Shown in pieces: positions 47,667-57,274 of a stretch of DNA of 64,000 nucleotides. Position numbers and translations under genes: made by a program. The stretch covers positions 64,001 to 128,000 of the IMG/VR virus record IMGVR_UViG_3300020399_000132; one strand, given 5' to 3'. The notes beneath the pieces were generated by a model. The model was given only the letters and a program-made list of their open reading frames with translations, did not search any database and had not been told where the DNA came from. Within the stretch, counting starts at the first letter, position 1. Each line of letters begins with the position of its first letter. The DNA comes from a virus (taxonomy: Duplodnaviria > Caudoviricetes).

Positions 47667-48710
47667 TTATAGTATTTGTTTATCATTATGATGGTCTATC
47701 CATCTTTGTAAACCTTTGGAATTCCCGTTCCATCCAGTGTCTTTATAGATCGTTTCTATGAGTATTTTTGTTATCTCATATGGATTAGCGTTGCCTGCTG
47801 GTCGTCTATCTTCTAGGTAACCTGTAGTATAGTTTGATTCAACTGTCTCTACTGGTATTCTTACACTAGCACCTCTATGACCTTCTCCGTAAGTGAATTC
47901 GTCTATTGATGCAGTCTCGTGCTTACCTGTCATTCGTTGATCATTGTCTTTACCATATACAGCTATATGATCCGCGTGTGTGCTTTCCATATTTTTTAGG
48001 ACCTGCATATAGACTTTGTGTGATGAGTTGTTTCTCATCTCGTTCGTACTAAAATTTGTATGCATGCCAGAACCGTTCCAGTCTCCTTTGATGGGTTTAG
48101 GTTCTATATTAATATCGCAGCCATGTTCTTCTGCGATTCTCTCTAGGATGTATCTTGACATCCAGAGGTCGTCACCAGCATTTTTTGCGCCTTTACTGAA
48201 CACCTGATATTCCCATTGACCGAGAGCTACTTCTGCGTTCGTACCCGTAATAGTAATCTCTGCTTCTATGCATGCTTCCATGTGATCGTTGACGACTTCT
48301 CGCCCTGCGACTTTACTAGCGCCCACACCACAATAATATGGACCCTGAGGTCCTGGTTCTCCGCTCTCCGGCCAGCCTAGTGGTTTGTTGGTGTCGGACT
48401 CACATAAAAAGTATTCTTGTTCGAATCCAAACCAGTAACTATCGGAGTCGACAAACGTTATTGCCTCTCTCTTTTCGGTTGAACACATGACGAGCCAGCC
48501 ATTAAAATGAAATGAATTATGATAGATTTTGACAGGAGTTAGTTTACAATCTGATTTATCGCCAGGTGCTTGACCTGTTGACGAACCGTCATAACCCCAG
48601 ATGGGCACGTCTCTCAGTTCATTAATCTCTATGCTTGTGATCTTTATTTTGCTACGTAGTTGCTCATCTGCGTCCAGCCATACGTATTCAAGTAGTGTCT
48701 GTGTGGTCAT
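47667..48710 (-). CDS. glnII: Glutamine synthetase type II
   Basis: EYVWLD, WGYDGSSTGQA, GFEQEY, QGPYYCGVG, GQWEYQ, DWNGSGMHTNFS, GYLEDRRP. Confidence 0.95.
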   Translation of the reverse strand: MTTQTLLEYVWLDADEQLRSKIKITSIEINELRDVPIWGYDGSSTGQAPGDKSDCKLTPVKIYHNSFHFNGWLVMCSTEKREAITFVDSDSYWFGFEQEYFLCESDTNKPLGWPESGEPGPQGPYYCGVGASKVAGREVVNDHMEACIEAEITITGTNAEVALGQWEYQVFSKGAKNAGDDLWMSRYILERIAEEHGCDINIEPKPIKGDWNGSGMHTNFSTNEMRNNSSHKVYMQVLKNMESTHADHIAVYGKDNDQRMTGKHETASIDEFTYGEGHRGASVRIPVETVESNYTTGYLEDRRPAGNANPYEITKILIETIYKDTGWNGNSKGLQRWIDHHNDKQIL

Positions 48711-48851
48711 GTTTTTCCTCTCCCAATTTTAATTGTTTTCTTTTTTCGTACCTTTCCATCCATTCAACGTTCTGTTGCTTGTTCTTATTCTGCATATCCT
48801 TGACTATTTTATCACGTTGATCATCGAAGTACTTTCCGAAAGATGTTTTAC

Positions 48852-49064
48852 TCATAACATATCCTTTTCCCAGTTTTGAGCATGTACGTCATCTGTGGCT
48901 TTCTCTAACCGTTCTCCTACTCTTTCCCATTGTTCTAGTTCGGCCATGAGTTGATTGTTTGCTTCCACTAGATAGTCAATACGTTTTGAATACATTAACA
49001 TACAGGCTTCTTTTATCTCTTCTCTTAGTCCCTTATCATAAACAAGTTGAGCTAGTGTATTCAT
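48852..49064 (-). CDS. Hypothetical protein
   Basis: Coupled ORF. Confidence 0.6.
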   Translation of the reverse strand: MNTLAQLVYDKGLREEIKEACMLMYSKRIDYLVEANNQLMAELEQWERVGERLEKATDDVHAQNWEKDML

Positions 49065-49327
49065 CGTCTTCTTCCTCCGCGCGCTTCTTGATGTAATGCT
49101 TCTAACCTTTTAAGGTGAGCTTTTCGCTGTTGGATCTCCACTTCACGATTTATTGTTTGTTTCATTTCTTCGAAGTCTTTTTTTTGTTCTTCGGGCGGCT
49201 TATCGAATCTAGATTCGTCACCTAGGTCAATCTCACAGATCGCCTTAATCAACTTGGCTTCTTCTTTCTTGTATTCCTCTGTGCCCGGCTTTAGATGGAA
49301 TAGCGGTGAATCGGTTCCTTTAGCCAC
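49061..49327 (-). CDS. Hypothetical protein
   Basis: Coupled ORF. Confidence 0.6.
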   Translation of the reverse strand: MAKGTDSPLFHLKPGTEEYKKEEAKLIKAICEIDLGDESRFDKPPEEQKKDFEEMKQTINREVEIQQRKAHLKRLEALHQEARGGRRR

Positions 49328-49616
49328 TTTTACTCTTTAAATCTTCTTTAGGTACTACTTGATATCCAGACTTATTATAAGCTATAGTCACAGCAAATCC
49401 ATCCGGTGTTGTAATCTCTCTAATAGGCTTATTAACGCATATACGATCGCGCTTCATCATTCGCTCTACATAATTATCTGGTATATCTTCTAACGTCGAA
49501 CGACGCTGATAGAGAGGTTCTTTAATTCCATAATTACGACCTTTTCGACCTATAATAGGATCAATAGGTTCATCTTCTTCCTGTTCAAAATAACATCCCG
49601 CACTAATTTTTATCAT
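49320..49616 (-). CDS. Hypothetical protein, probably from a leaderless transcript
   Basis: IAYNKSGYQV motif; TTGACA-17-TATAAT ends 6 nt before the ATG. Confidence 0.7.
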   Translation of the reverse strand: MIKISAGCYFEQEEDEPIDPIIGRKGRNYGIKEPLYQRRSTLEDIPDNYVERMMKRDRICVNKPIREITTPDGFAVTIAYNKSGYQVVPKEDLKSKSG

Positions 49617-49794
49617 AATTATATTATAGTATATTTTGATTCAAATGTCAACTGGTTTATTTTCGTGAATATCATCAAAGTCAGTCTCAAATCTCCTCCG
49701 CCAATAGTCCTTACATTCTTGAGAAATCTCTATCATTTTATCGCCACACTCTCGTGTTTCCTTCTCATACTTTTCATCTTCTTCTGTTGTCATT

Positions 49795-50721
49795 TTAGTT
49801 AACCTGTTGTTCCCAACCCTGTTGATCATGATGTTGAGCTAATCTCCATTTAAAATATTCATGGGAGGTGATAGGTGAGTGCTTATCTGGTTCATCTGTA
49901 AAATTTTTGATCAATGCATCTTTACCTGGATCGACAAAGTAAGGCATTGTATAGCGAGATTTTGTATGATCTCTATTAATGACTCTATGATTGGTTGATT
50001 TCAACGTATCGTTAGACCATCTTTGAAACATGTCTGCTACATTCAATACTATAGAGTTTTCTACTATGGGAGCTTCAATCCATTCTCCTGTTTCTCTATC
50101 CTCAACCTGAAGACCTCCTACATCGTCGAATCGCCAGAGTAGTGTAATGGAACCGTAATCTGTATGTTCTCCGCCTCTATAGGTTTGTGGTCCGCGAACT
50201 ACTCTAGGTGCAACAGCTGGATAATGAATCATTCTCATATTGACAGAGCCGTCTACGTGCTTATCTATTAAATATTTTTTTTTGAGTTTGAACATGCTCT
50301 CGAACTTGTCGAAAAACTGATGAGAGAGTTGTTGAGAGATCTGAAGAATCTGTTGAGCTAACGATTTGAGCTCTGAAATCTCCGTCGGCCAGTACTGCTC
50401 TTGCATTCTTGTTGAATCAATCCAGTTATAGGACTCTTTCATATCACCTGGTCGACTCTGAATATAACCCATCTCTCCCCAGCCAGCGCGGCACGTTGCT
50501 GAGCCTTTTACTCCGCTATATTCGTATTTCTTTTTCGCATCTAATGGTAGTTGGAAGAACTCCTCCATGAGTTGCTTCCAGTCTTGAAATTCTGATAGCC
50601 ACTCATTATAAACATTGGTGAAGACAGCGAACCCACAGGTAGTATATGCTCTGTGCATTTCTTCTATGCAAGTTTTACTTCTGAAATCAATTATTGGGAT
50701 GGCCATTTTTGTTCGAACCAA
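49795..50721 (-). CDS. Isopenicillin N synthase-family 2OG-Fe(II) oxygenase
   Basis: IPIIDF, MRMIHYP, HTDYGSITLL, GGLQV, STNHRV, RYTMPYF. Confidence 0.9.
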   Translation of the reverse strand: MVRTKMAIPIIDFRSKTCIEEMHRAYTTCGFAVFTNVYNEWLSEFQDWKQLMEEFFQLPLDAKKKYEYSGVKGSATCRAGWGEMGYIQSRPGDMKESYNWIDSTRMQEQYWPTEISELKSLAQQILQISQQLSHQFFDKFESMFKLKKKYLIDKHVDGSVNMRMIHYPAVAPRVVRGPQTYRGGEHTDYGSITLLWRFDDVGGLQVEDRETGEWIEAPIVENSIVLNVADMFQRWSNDTLKSTNHRVINRDHTKSRYTMPYFVDPGKDALIKNFTDEPDKHSPITSHEYFKWRLAQHHDQQGWEQQVN

Positions 50722-51002
50722 GCCTCGTCAGGGAATTTCTTTCCAATCAAAGGGTCATTATTAGTCTTTTTTAACATGTTGATTGTATCTTTTCTTTGAT
50801 GCTCTGGCAGTTCTTGAATCATACGTTTAACTGTGCCCCACTTTTCATTCAATGCATGTCTTTGTAGTATCTGTAGCATTTCGTGCTGCTGAAGATGTTC
50901 TGGATGTTTCACCTGACCATCTGGATGAGGACTAGTGATATGACCTATTTCCTTATCTGCTAGTCTCTTCTCTGTAGCGTTTTCAAAATTGTATTTGTGC
51001 AT
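50691..51002 (-). CDS. Hypothetical protein
   Basis: ORF. Confidence 0.6.
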   Translation of the reverse strand: MHKYNFENATEKRLADKEIGHITSPHPDGQVKHPEHLQQHEMLQILQRHALNEKWGTVKRMIQELPEHQRKDTINMLKKTNNDPLIGKKFPDEAWFEQKWPSQ

Positions 51003-51010
51003 AGGTAACT

Positions 51011-51412
51011 CTAAATTGCTGCTGTTAGACGTTCGACGAACTTTACGTGTTCTTTTGGTCGCTTGCCTTTATATTGAAAAGTATATGTTCGCTTCTCTAA
51101 ATCATCTAAAACCATCTGTAACTGCTCTTTACTAAAATCATTTATCTCATCACTCACATCTTCTAAGACATAGTAAATCTCATGTTCAGCTTCATGCAGC
51201 CATCCATCAAGAGCTTCCCGATAGATTATCTTATTACTATTACTCGCAGACATTATAGACATCCGCAACCAATTTTTAATTCTATTAATATTATCGTAAG
51301 CATTAAACTCAAATAACCAATCATGCATAAAATCGACTTTCTCCTGAACGTCTTTTATACGCTTCGCTCTTACTCTAGCTACCTGCCAACTAATATTCCA
51401 ATTTGTTTTCAT
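51011..51412 (-). CDS. Hypothetical protein, probably from a leaderless transcript
   Basis: Start MKTNWN 7 nt after the TATAAT of a TTGACT-17-TATAAT promoter. Confidence 0.65.
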   Translation of the reverse strand: MKTNWNISWQVARVRAKRIKDVQEKVDFMHDWLFEFNAYDNINRIKNWLRMSIMSASNSNKIIYREALDGWLHEAEHEIYYVLEDVSDEINDFSKEQLQMVLDDLEKRTYTFQYKGKRPKEHVKFVERLTAAI

Positions 51413-51613
51413 AATATATATTATACTACAATATAGAAAACAAGTCAAGTTAATTTTACAACATTAACCACACGAGTTCTTCTTTAAACACAATCATAGA
51501 TATTATCACACTGAATGCGATCACTAGAGCAACTCGTGTCTCGAAATCTCCCTGTGGCGACTCGTAATTCATCTCTGAATGTATCGGATATCCCCACTGG
51601 TCGTATTCGACTT

Positions 51614-51799
51614 TCATTTCTTCTTCTTAGTTTTCTTTTTAACAAGACCTTTTGCTTTCTTAGCGGTCTTCTTAACCTTTTTTGCTGTGTCCACAACTTT
51701 TTCTGCTGTGTCTACGGCGCTCTTAGTTTCTTCAATAATCTCTTTATGATTACCCATCAGCGTTTGTGCATGATGCTTCAATTTACTCAAAAATCCCAT
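51614..51799 (-). CDS. Small Lys-rich protein
   Basis: AAAGG RBS; KKVKKTAKKAK tail. Confidence 0.6.
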   Translation of the reverse strand: MGFLSKLKHHAQTLMGNHKEIIEETKSAVDTAEKVVDTAKKVKKTAKKAKGLVKKKTKKKK

Positions 51800-51852
51800 A
51801 TTTACCTTTCATTATGAGTTTGTTTTTTAACCACCTAGGGCCGGGGTGGCTT

Positions 51853-52371
51853 TCATATTTCGATTCCGGCATCGAACTTTATGTGTTCTACTTCTTTCAT
51901 CCCTATTCCTTTTATGCGATAGGCTTTACCGAAGCCCTTTATATAAGTTCCACGCATAGGAAGAAAACGAAACATCTTAAAGTCATCTAAGGACACTAAA
52001 GTATTTATTATATCTCCAAATTTTGCAGTAAATCGGGATACCAAATCATCCCAGAGTAAATGACCGGCTCCCATTTCTCTAGTTATTTGTAATGTGTTGC
52101 AATAAAAATTAAGGCGTGTTCTAACATATATTTGTTCACATTGTTCTTCAGACTCAATGAACATCAATGATGTATTACGTTGTGCGAGTAATGCTTCGGT
52201 GCGTTTTGAAAGGGTACTTACAAGAACGTAAATGTTCTTATTTTCATCTACTATACAAGGCGAGTAACTTATCTCTGGTGTCATTCCACCTCGAAACTCA
52301 TTCAATGTTGAGATGTAGACACTTTTTGCGGCATTCATGAATTCAACGTATTCATCATAAATCTTTTTCAT
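51853..52371 (-). CDS. HutZ/HugZ-like (pyridoxamine 5'-phosphate oxidase fold) protein
   Basis: SYSP, VSTLSKRT, SLMFIESE, RTRL, LDDFKMFRF, KGFGKAY. Confidence 0.8.
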   Translation of the reverse strand: MKKIYDEYVEFMNAAKSVYISTLNEFRGGMTPEISYSPCIVDENKNIYVLVSTLSKRTEALLAQRNTSLMFIESEEQCEQIYVRTRLNFYCNTLQITREMGAGHLLWDDLVSRFTAKFGDIINTLVSLDDFKMFRFLPMRGTYIKGFGKAYRIKGIGMKEVEHIKFDAGIEI

Positions 52372-52386
52372 AATATATTTTATGTT

Positions 52387-52629
52387 TTATTTTTTTGGTT
52401 CGTCTGGAAGGTATCGTCTACTCTTTTTAAGGATCCTATCTTTTCTCTTCTTTTTTTCTTTTTGCTTCTCTTTTTCCTTATCTGTTAGAGCTAGCATAGG
52501 AGGACTCTCTTGAGTATCTGAATACGTTGGTCTAACAGCAGCGGCAAATGATGTAGTTGAAAGCTTTTCAGTGGGGTTGAGATGAGGATGAGCTTCGAAG
52601 AATGCTCCAAATTCTTTAAATGTTTTCAT
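52387..52629 (-). CDS. Small internal head protein
   Basis: MKTFKEF N-terminus. Confidence 0.65.
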   Translation of the reverse strand: MKTFKEFGAFFEAHPHLNPTEKLSTTSFAAAVRPTYSDTQESPPMLALTDKEKEKQKEKKKRKDRILKKSRRYLPDEPKK

Positions 52630-52644
52630 ATTACATGGACATTT

Positions 52645-53121
52645 CTACTTTAATTTTTTAGGTGGGTGCTTGTGAGTTTGTTCTCTTGTTATTGTAACTT
52701 CTGATGCTTCCAGAACCACGTTGGATCCAATTTGTGAAGCAGGAGGTGGAATAACTACATATTGTTCTATGTTGCCCCTTTTATCTAAGCTATGGCTAAC
52801 TACTACTAATTCTTCCTCACCCAAACTTGAGTGTCGAACATGAGTAGCTCAATTATGTTCCAGAGCTTTTTCAGAGATTGTGTCTAATTTATCAGCTATC
52901 CACGTATAGGGGTCACCATCGCGAGCTTTTGCTACTCCGTATGGCATATCTGTCTGCCAGTGATTCATTAATGCATCATATAACTTTGGCAAATCTAGTA
53001 AATCTTCTTTACCATCTTTAAATGCTTTGTAATCTTTAGCATGTGCTTTGAGAATATTTTGGAGTTCTCGATCCATGCGTAATTCTTGTTCATCAATTAC
53101 ATGCTCTATGAATGTCTTCAT
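52645..53121 (-). CDS. Candidate selenoprotein (158 aa with TGA=Sec at 52849-52851); virion-type protein
   Basis: 90-aa ORF continues in frame for 67 codons after TGA (HN*ATHVRH...HKHPPKKLK), filling the gap to the next gene; SECIS-like hairpin follows. Confidence 0.7.
52800..52848 (-). promoter_or_regulatory. Bacterial SECIS-like element
   Basis: GCTACT...CACTCA-AGTT-TGGGTG...AGTAGT immediately 3' of the in-frame TGA. Confidence 0.62.
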
Positions 53122-55403
53122 CCGGTTAATTTCCTTTTCTTATTCCATACTCCGAGAAAACCACCCTTATAATATATGTGTGGTTCTCCACCCTTTTTGA
53201 ATGACTTCGCTAGGGTCTTTTCAGCTTTTACAACATCTTTTTTATCTACCCATAGCTTACCATCTTCCCAATAGCTTTTAATACCAGCGTCATCTAATGC
53301 CATATTAGCTTGGAGCTTATTACTCTCGTCAATTTTCTTTTTAGCTGCTCTATCGAATTTAAATGCTTGATAATCTTTCTTAGCTGCTTGGTAATCTGCG
53401 CGTTTCGATTTAAGATTTTGTCCTGGTGGTTGACTAGTGTCTCCAACCCTTGAAGCGGCTCGATCTGATACAGCTCTTTGTTGCCCAGCTTTCTTTTTAG
53501 CTGCTTGTCCTGCGCGTTGTAACAGGTCTTTCGAAAGTTCGTTAACGGAATTGGTTTTATCGCGGCTTTTAGCAAGAAACAGTTTGTCCCGCGTTTTCTT
53601 CTGACTGCCTACCGACCTGGCCATCATCTCATTTTTACTTGTTACCTTCTCCACTGCTTTCTTAGCTATGTGCTTTATTGCTTTTCTAGCAATGAACGCA
53701 CCAACTGGTCCGAGTTCCTTAACCTCAACTTCGTCATAAAAAGTACCTCTGGTAGCTTGCTTTCCTGGATTTCTCCGCTTCTCTCTTCCGACTGTAGTTC
53801 TAAACAGACTTTTGGAAATTGGACCATCCGGTTGTTTTTCAACTTTTCCACCTTTCTTTTTAAAAGCAGCGATTTTGTCAGCGTAATCGCTTTCTTTTTC
53901 ATCAATAACATCTTCCTTTTTAAAAGCTGTATCCCGTTGCTTGACATCGACGGCCGCACTGAATTTTCCGGCTTGTTTCTCTCTCTTTGCTGCCTTTTTG
54001 CCTGCTTCGTCAGCACCAAAAGCATGTCCTTTACCTTTCACTCTCGTCGCCCAATCTTGTGCGTCTCTTTGTGTTGCGGCATCCTTCTTTGCTGCGCCGG
54101 CTGCGCGGTTTAATAGTCCAGTTGAGATTTCATCAACAACTTCTCCTGCTCTTGCCTTTTTAAGCTTAGCTAGAGTTTCTGGAGTGGTAGGAACTGCTCT
54201 AGCCTTCTTCCTCATCTCTGATTCTTTTCTTTTATGATCATACATATCTATGCCGGATGAATCAACTTCATTAACTTTATCTCTTAACTCAGCGAAAGTC
54301 TTCTTATTACCTTCAACATAACCAGTATACTTATCTTTCTTAGGATTCTGATTTGGGTAACCGTGTTTCTTTACTGATTCTCTCTTCTTTATTGTGCCGA
54401 CATATTCATCTACCATTTTTCCATCCTTGTAATGAGCGGCATGTTTATGATCACCGCCGCCTTTACGAATCTTATCTAATTTTTTATCATCCTGATATCT
54501 ACTTGAACTATAATTTTGACCAGTTTTTGTATTTTTAATACTATACTGCGGTCTTTTTAAACTTTTTATTAACTCTAGTGCATTTTTGTCTTCATCAACT
54601 TCTACTTCTTCATTTGTCCGGAATCCAGCTTGTACTGGATTATCTATTGTACCAAAAACATATTGATGCAAATCTTTAGGTACAATCTTTTTGGCTTTTG
54701 CTTCCATATCTCTTTGAACATATATTCTGTCTCCAAAATACATAGAGTTACCATACTTTGCTGGTATACCTTTTTTCTTTAAAAGTGCGATTGCTTTCTC
54801 AGAATCTTTTTTAATTTCTGGATGCTTCCTACCTTTAGGATCGGGTTTTGACTTGTCTCTGCTGTCTTCAACAATTTCTACTTCTTCTAATACACGTTTT
54901 AAAGTAGTTTTCTCTCTTTTTGTTAATCCACCAATGCCATCAACCCATGCATCTTTGTCTGCCGTAGAAGTTTTATCGCCCATTTTCATCTTGAATTTTT
55001 TAACATAGTCATTCAGATTTGCTTCATCGATGTAGAACTCTTCTTTAGCAAGTAAAACTGCTATCTTCTTTAGATTTTCTCTTTCTGATTTGCTAAGCAT
55101 TTTTAATGCTCTATCATTAGCTATTTTCTCAAGAGATTTGGCATATTCTTTTGTAGATTCATCAACATCTACACCCCTTATCCTGTTAAAAAATTTTTGA
55201 TACGTTTCTTTATGGGTAAGGCCTAACTTCTGTAGTCTTTTCTTTTTCTCATCCGTATCTGTTAGCGCTTTGGATCTTATGTCTGGCCGATCAGGCTTCA
55301 CTTGACCCATAGAATCTGGTTTACACTGCGACGCCAGAGCAGACGTTTTGGACAATCCAGGAGTGTCGCAAAATGCAGGTCTCTCTTGGAGGTTTTCTGA
55401 CAT
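53118..55403 (-). CDS. Large Lys-rich internal head polyprotein-like protein
   Basis: Charged modules separated by V/I-D/N-E motifs; AAGGA RBS; late-promoter-like site upstream. Confidence 0.7.
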   Translation of the reverse strand: MSENLQERPAFCDTPGLSKTSALASQCKPDSMGQVKPDRPDIRSKALTDTDEKKKRLQKLGLTHKETYQKFFNRIRGVDVDESTKEYAKSLEKIANDRALKMLSKSERENLKKIAVLLAKEEFYIDEANLNDYVKKFKMKMGDKTSTADKDAWVDGIGGLTKREKTTLKRVLEEVEIVEDSRDKSKPDPKGRKHPEIKKDSEKAIALLKKKGIPAKYGNSMYFGDRIYVQRDMEAKAKKIVPKDLHQYVFGTIDNPVQAGFRTNEEVEVDEDKNALELIKSLKRPQYSIKNTKTGQNYSSSRYQDDKKLDKIRKGGGDHKHAAHYKDGKMVDEYVGTIKKRESVKKHGYPNQNPKKDKYTGYVEGNKKTFAELRDKVNEVDSSGIDMYDHKRKESEMRKKARAVPTTPETLAKLKKARAGEVVDEISTGLLNRAAGAAKKDAATQRDAQDWATRVKGKGHAFGADEAGKKAAKREKQAGKFSAAVDVKQRDTAFKKEDVIDEKESDYADKIAAFKKKGGKVEKQPDGPISKSLFRTTVGREKRRNPGKQATRGTFYDEVEVKELGPVGAFIARKAIKHIAKKAVEKVTSKNEMMARSVGSQKKTRDKLFLAKSRDKTNSVNELSKDLLQRAGQAAKKKAGQQRAVSDRAASRVGDTSQPPGQNLKSKRADYQAAKKDYQAFKFDRAAKKKIDESNKLQANMALDDAGIKSYWEDGKLWVDKKDVVKAEKTLAKSFKKGGEPHIYYKGGFLGVWNKKRKLTG

Positions 55404-55780
55404 AGTTTCCTTCTAGAAAAGTTTATGTTATATCTCTTCTATTTATTATAATTCAGTCCGCAGCACTCATTTGTCGATAATATGAGTGTCGTTTGCGTCC
55501 TTTAGAATTCCCTAACCATCTGTAGTAGGTACACATCGTACATTTAGGGCTTTTTTTTCGCCAACCTTTTCGCTTCCTCTTGCCCACTTTCTTATTCAAA
55601 TCCCCGCCACTGGTTCTTCTTCGACCAGCAACTGAGGTTCTTCTTGGCGTGCTCTCATTTCTTCTCCGATTCCCTCTCTAAATTTGATTTCTGCTTGTAA
55701 TTTACCGAGTAAACCCCTCATTTCTGAGGTTGACATATTTTTAATATCTATTACGCTCCAGTTTTCCATTATTATATCCT

Positions 55781-56005
55781 CTAGTCATTTGTTAAAGTTG
55801 GCTCGCCTCTATCATAAAATTTCCAGCCCATAAAACAAGGCATCTGTTTTCTTTTACCATAAGCTCTATCTGTGTATACTTTGCCACTATCTTCACATAC
55901 TGCAAAAAAAGGTGTCATTCCATCTGGCCAATTATTGCTCTTTGATGAACAAGATGTTCCTATTGTTATTAAAAATATTATTGATAATATTAGTTTCCAT
56001 TTCAT
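55781..56005 (-). CDS. Small lipoprotein
   Basis: Signal peptide with lipobox-like GTSC. Confidence 0.65.
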   Translation of the reverse strand: MKWKLILSIIFLITIGTSCSSKSNNWPDGMTPFFAVCEDSGKVYTDRAYGKRKQMPCFMGWKFYDRGEPTLTND

Positions 56006-56421
56006 CCGTATATTCCCTCTTGATAAATTGGGCTCGACTCATGAGCTGAAGTCGATTGAGTTATTGTTTTAATCTCTACTGCCCTATCCAAGAGCATGTG
56101 CTCGATCTTAATGGGTTCCATCTCCATAAATTCCACTAGAACTTCATTTGAAGAAAATTCTGCACATGAATATACATCACATTGCACTAATGCCGGAGAT
56201 GTTTCATCCCAGATATGTATTGCTATGTGACTTGTTTCTATCATTACTACTGCTGTTATACCACGATTACCTTCCTCGGACACATATGCAGCATATGGGC
56301 CCTTGATAATTTTCATCTCTATTTTGTTTACTAAATTTCGAAGCCATTTTTTAATTTCTTTTTCACCCGTCATCGGGTTATTCACTTCAGCCCTAATAAT
56401 CAAATGCTTATGTTCAGGCAT
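56002..56421 (-). CDS. speD: S-adenosylmethionine decarboxylase proenzyme
   Basis: HKHLII, MIETSHIAIHIW, DVYSC; likely start MPEHKH. Confidence 0.88.
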   Translation of the reverse strand: MPEHKHLIIRAEVNNPMTGEKEIKKWLRNLVNKIEMKIIKGPYAAYVSEEGNRGITAVVMIETSHIAIHIWDETSPALVQCDVYSCAEFSSNEVLVEFMEMEPIKIEHMLLDRAVEIKTITQSTSAHESSPIYQEGIYG

Positions 56422-56486
56422 CCTCTCTCTCCTGTTATAAATGCTGAGGGCGTGTCGTCGGAACGACACTCCGAGCCCCCAATAAA

Positions 56487-56807
56487 TTAATTACATTTAT
56501 ATAACGTATAACTCCAAGTAAGTTCTTCTCCGGATTTAATGTCTCTTGAAGCACCGATCCACCAAGTTTTAGGATCCATCAAAAGTTTGAAACAATTAGG
56601 ATCATCAGAGTGATTACCAAATCCTCCTAGAGGAGTTCTAATGAATCCGTTTTCAGAGTTTTCATTTGCATGATGGGTAACTCCAATTATTGTGTGTGCT
56701 GCAATATTTTCTGTTGCGAAAAGTCCTAGTCCGGAGACAGGAGATTCTTTAATTGTTATATAGTGGGGTAATGGTTTATACATATTATCTTTATTTATAT
56801 TTCTCAA
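56487..56807 (-). CDS. SET-domain protein
   Basis: GLGLFATENI, NHSDDPNC, DIKSGEELTWSY. Confidence 0.88.
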   Translation of the reverse strand: MRNINKDNMYKPLPHYITIKESPVSGLGLFATENIAAHTIIGVTHHANENSENGFIRTPLGGFGNHSDDPNCFKLLMDPKTWWIGASRDIKSGEELTWSYTLYKCN

Positions 56808-57274
56808 TTATAAACTATATCTTCTTCCTCTTCCGATTTTTCAATTGGTTTTATATTTTTCCTTTGTATTTCCGCATGGTACTTCATATGTGCTTCGATA
56901 AGTTTATCTTCGTTAAAAGGCTTATCAGATTGTATCTGCTGAGCTATTTCAATTGCATCATCTGGAGAATCAAACCATTCACTTTTCCACGTTCCTTTAG
57001 CTACAATTGTTCTAGGGTTTGTATATACAATTCCAGATTCTTCAGGTGTCCACCAAAGATGTAACATTCCAATAAATCCTATTTCCGGTGGAGCTTCAAA
57101 TCCTTGTAAAATATGTCTTATGCCCATGCTTTGAAGAAATGGAAACTCTGTTGAATTATAAAACTTATAACGAAATTGAGTTTCCATAGCATGTCTCAAA
57201 TCTTTTCGCATCTTCTCTCTATTGTTCATTTCGTCAGAGCTACTCATATATAAACTCCGATATTTCTTCTCCAT
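56804..57274 (-). CDS. Hypothetical protein
   Basis: ORF in operon. Confidence 0.65.
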   Translation of the reverse strand: MEKKYRSLYMSSSDEMNNREKMRKDLRHAMETQFRYKFYNSTEFPFLQSMGIRHILQGFEAPPEIGFIGMLHLWWTPEESGIVYTNPRTIVAKGTWKSEWFDSPDDAIEIAQQIQSDKPFNEDKLIEAHMKYHAEIQRKNIKPIEKSEEEEDIVYN

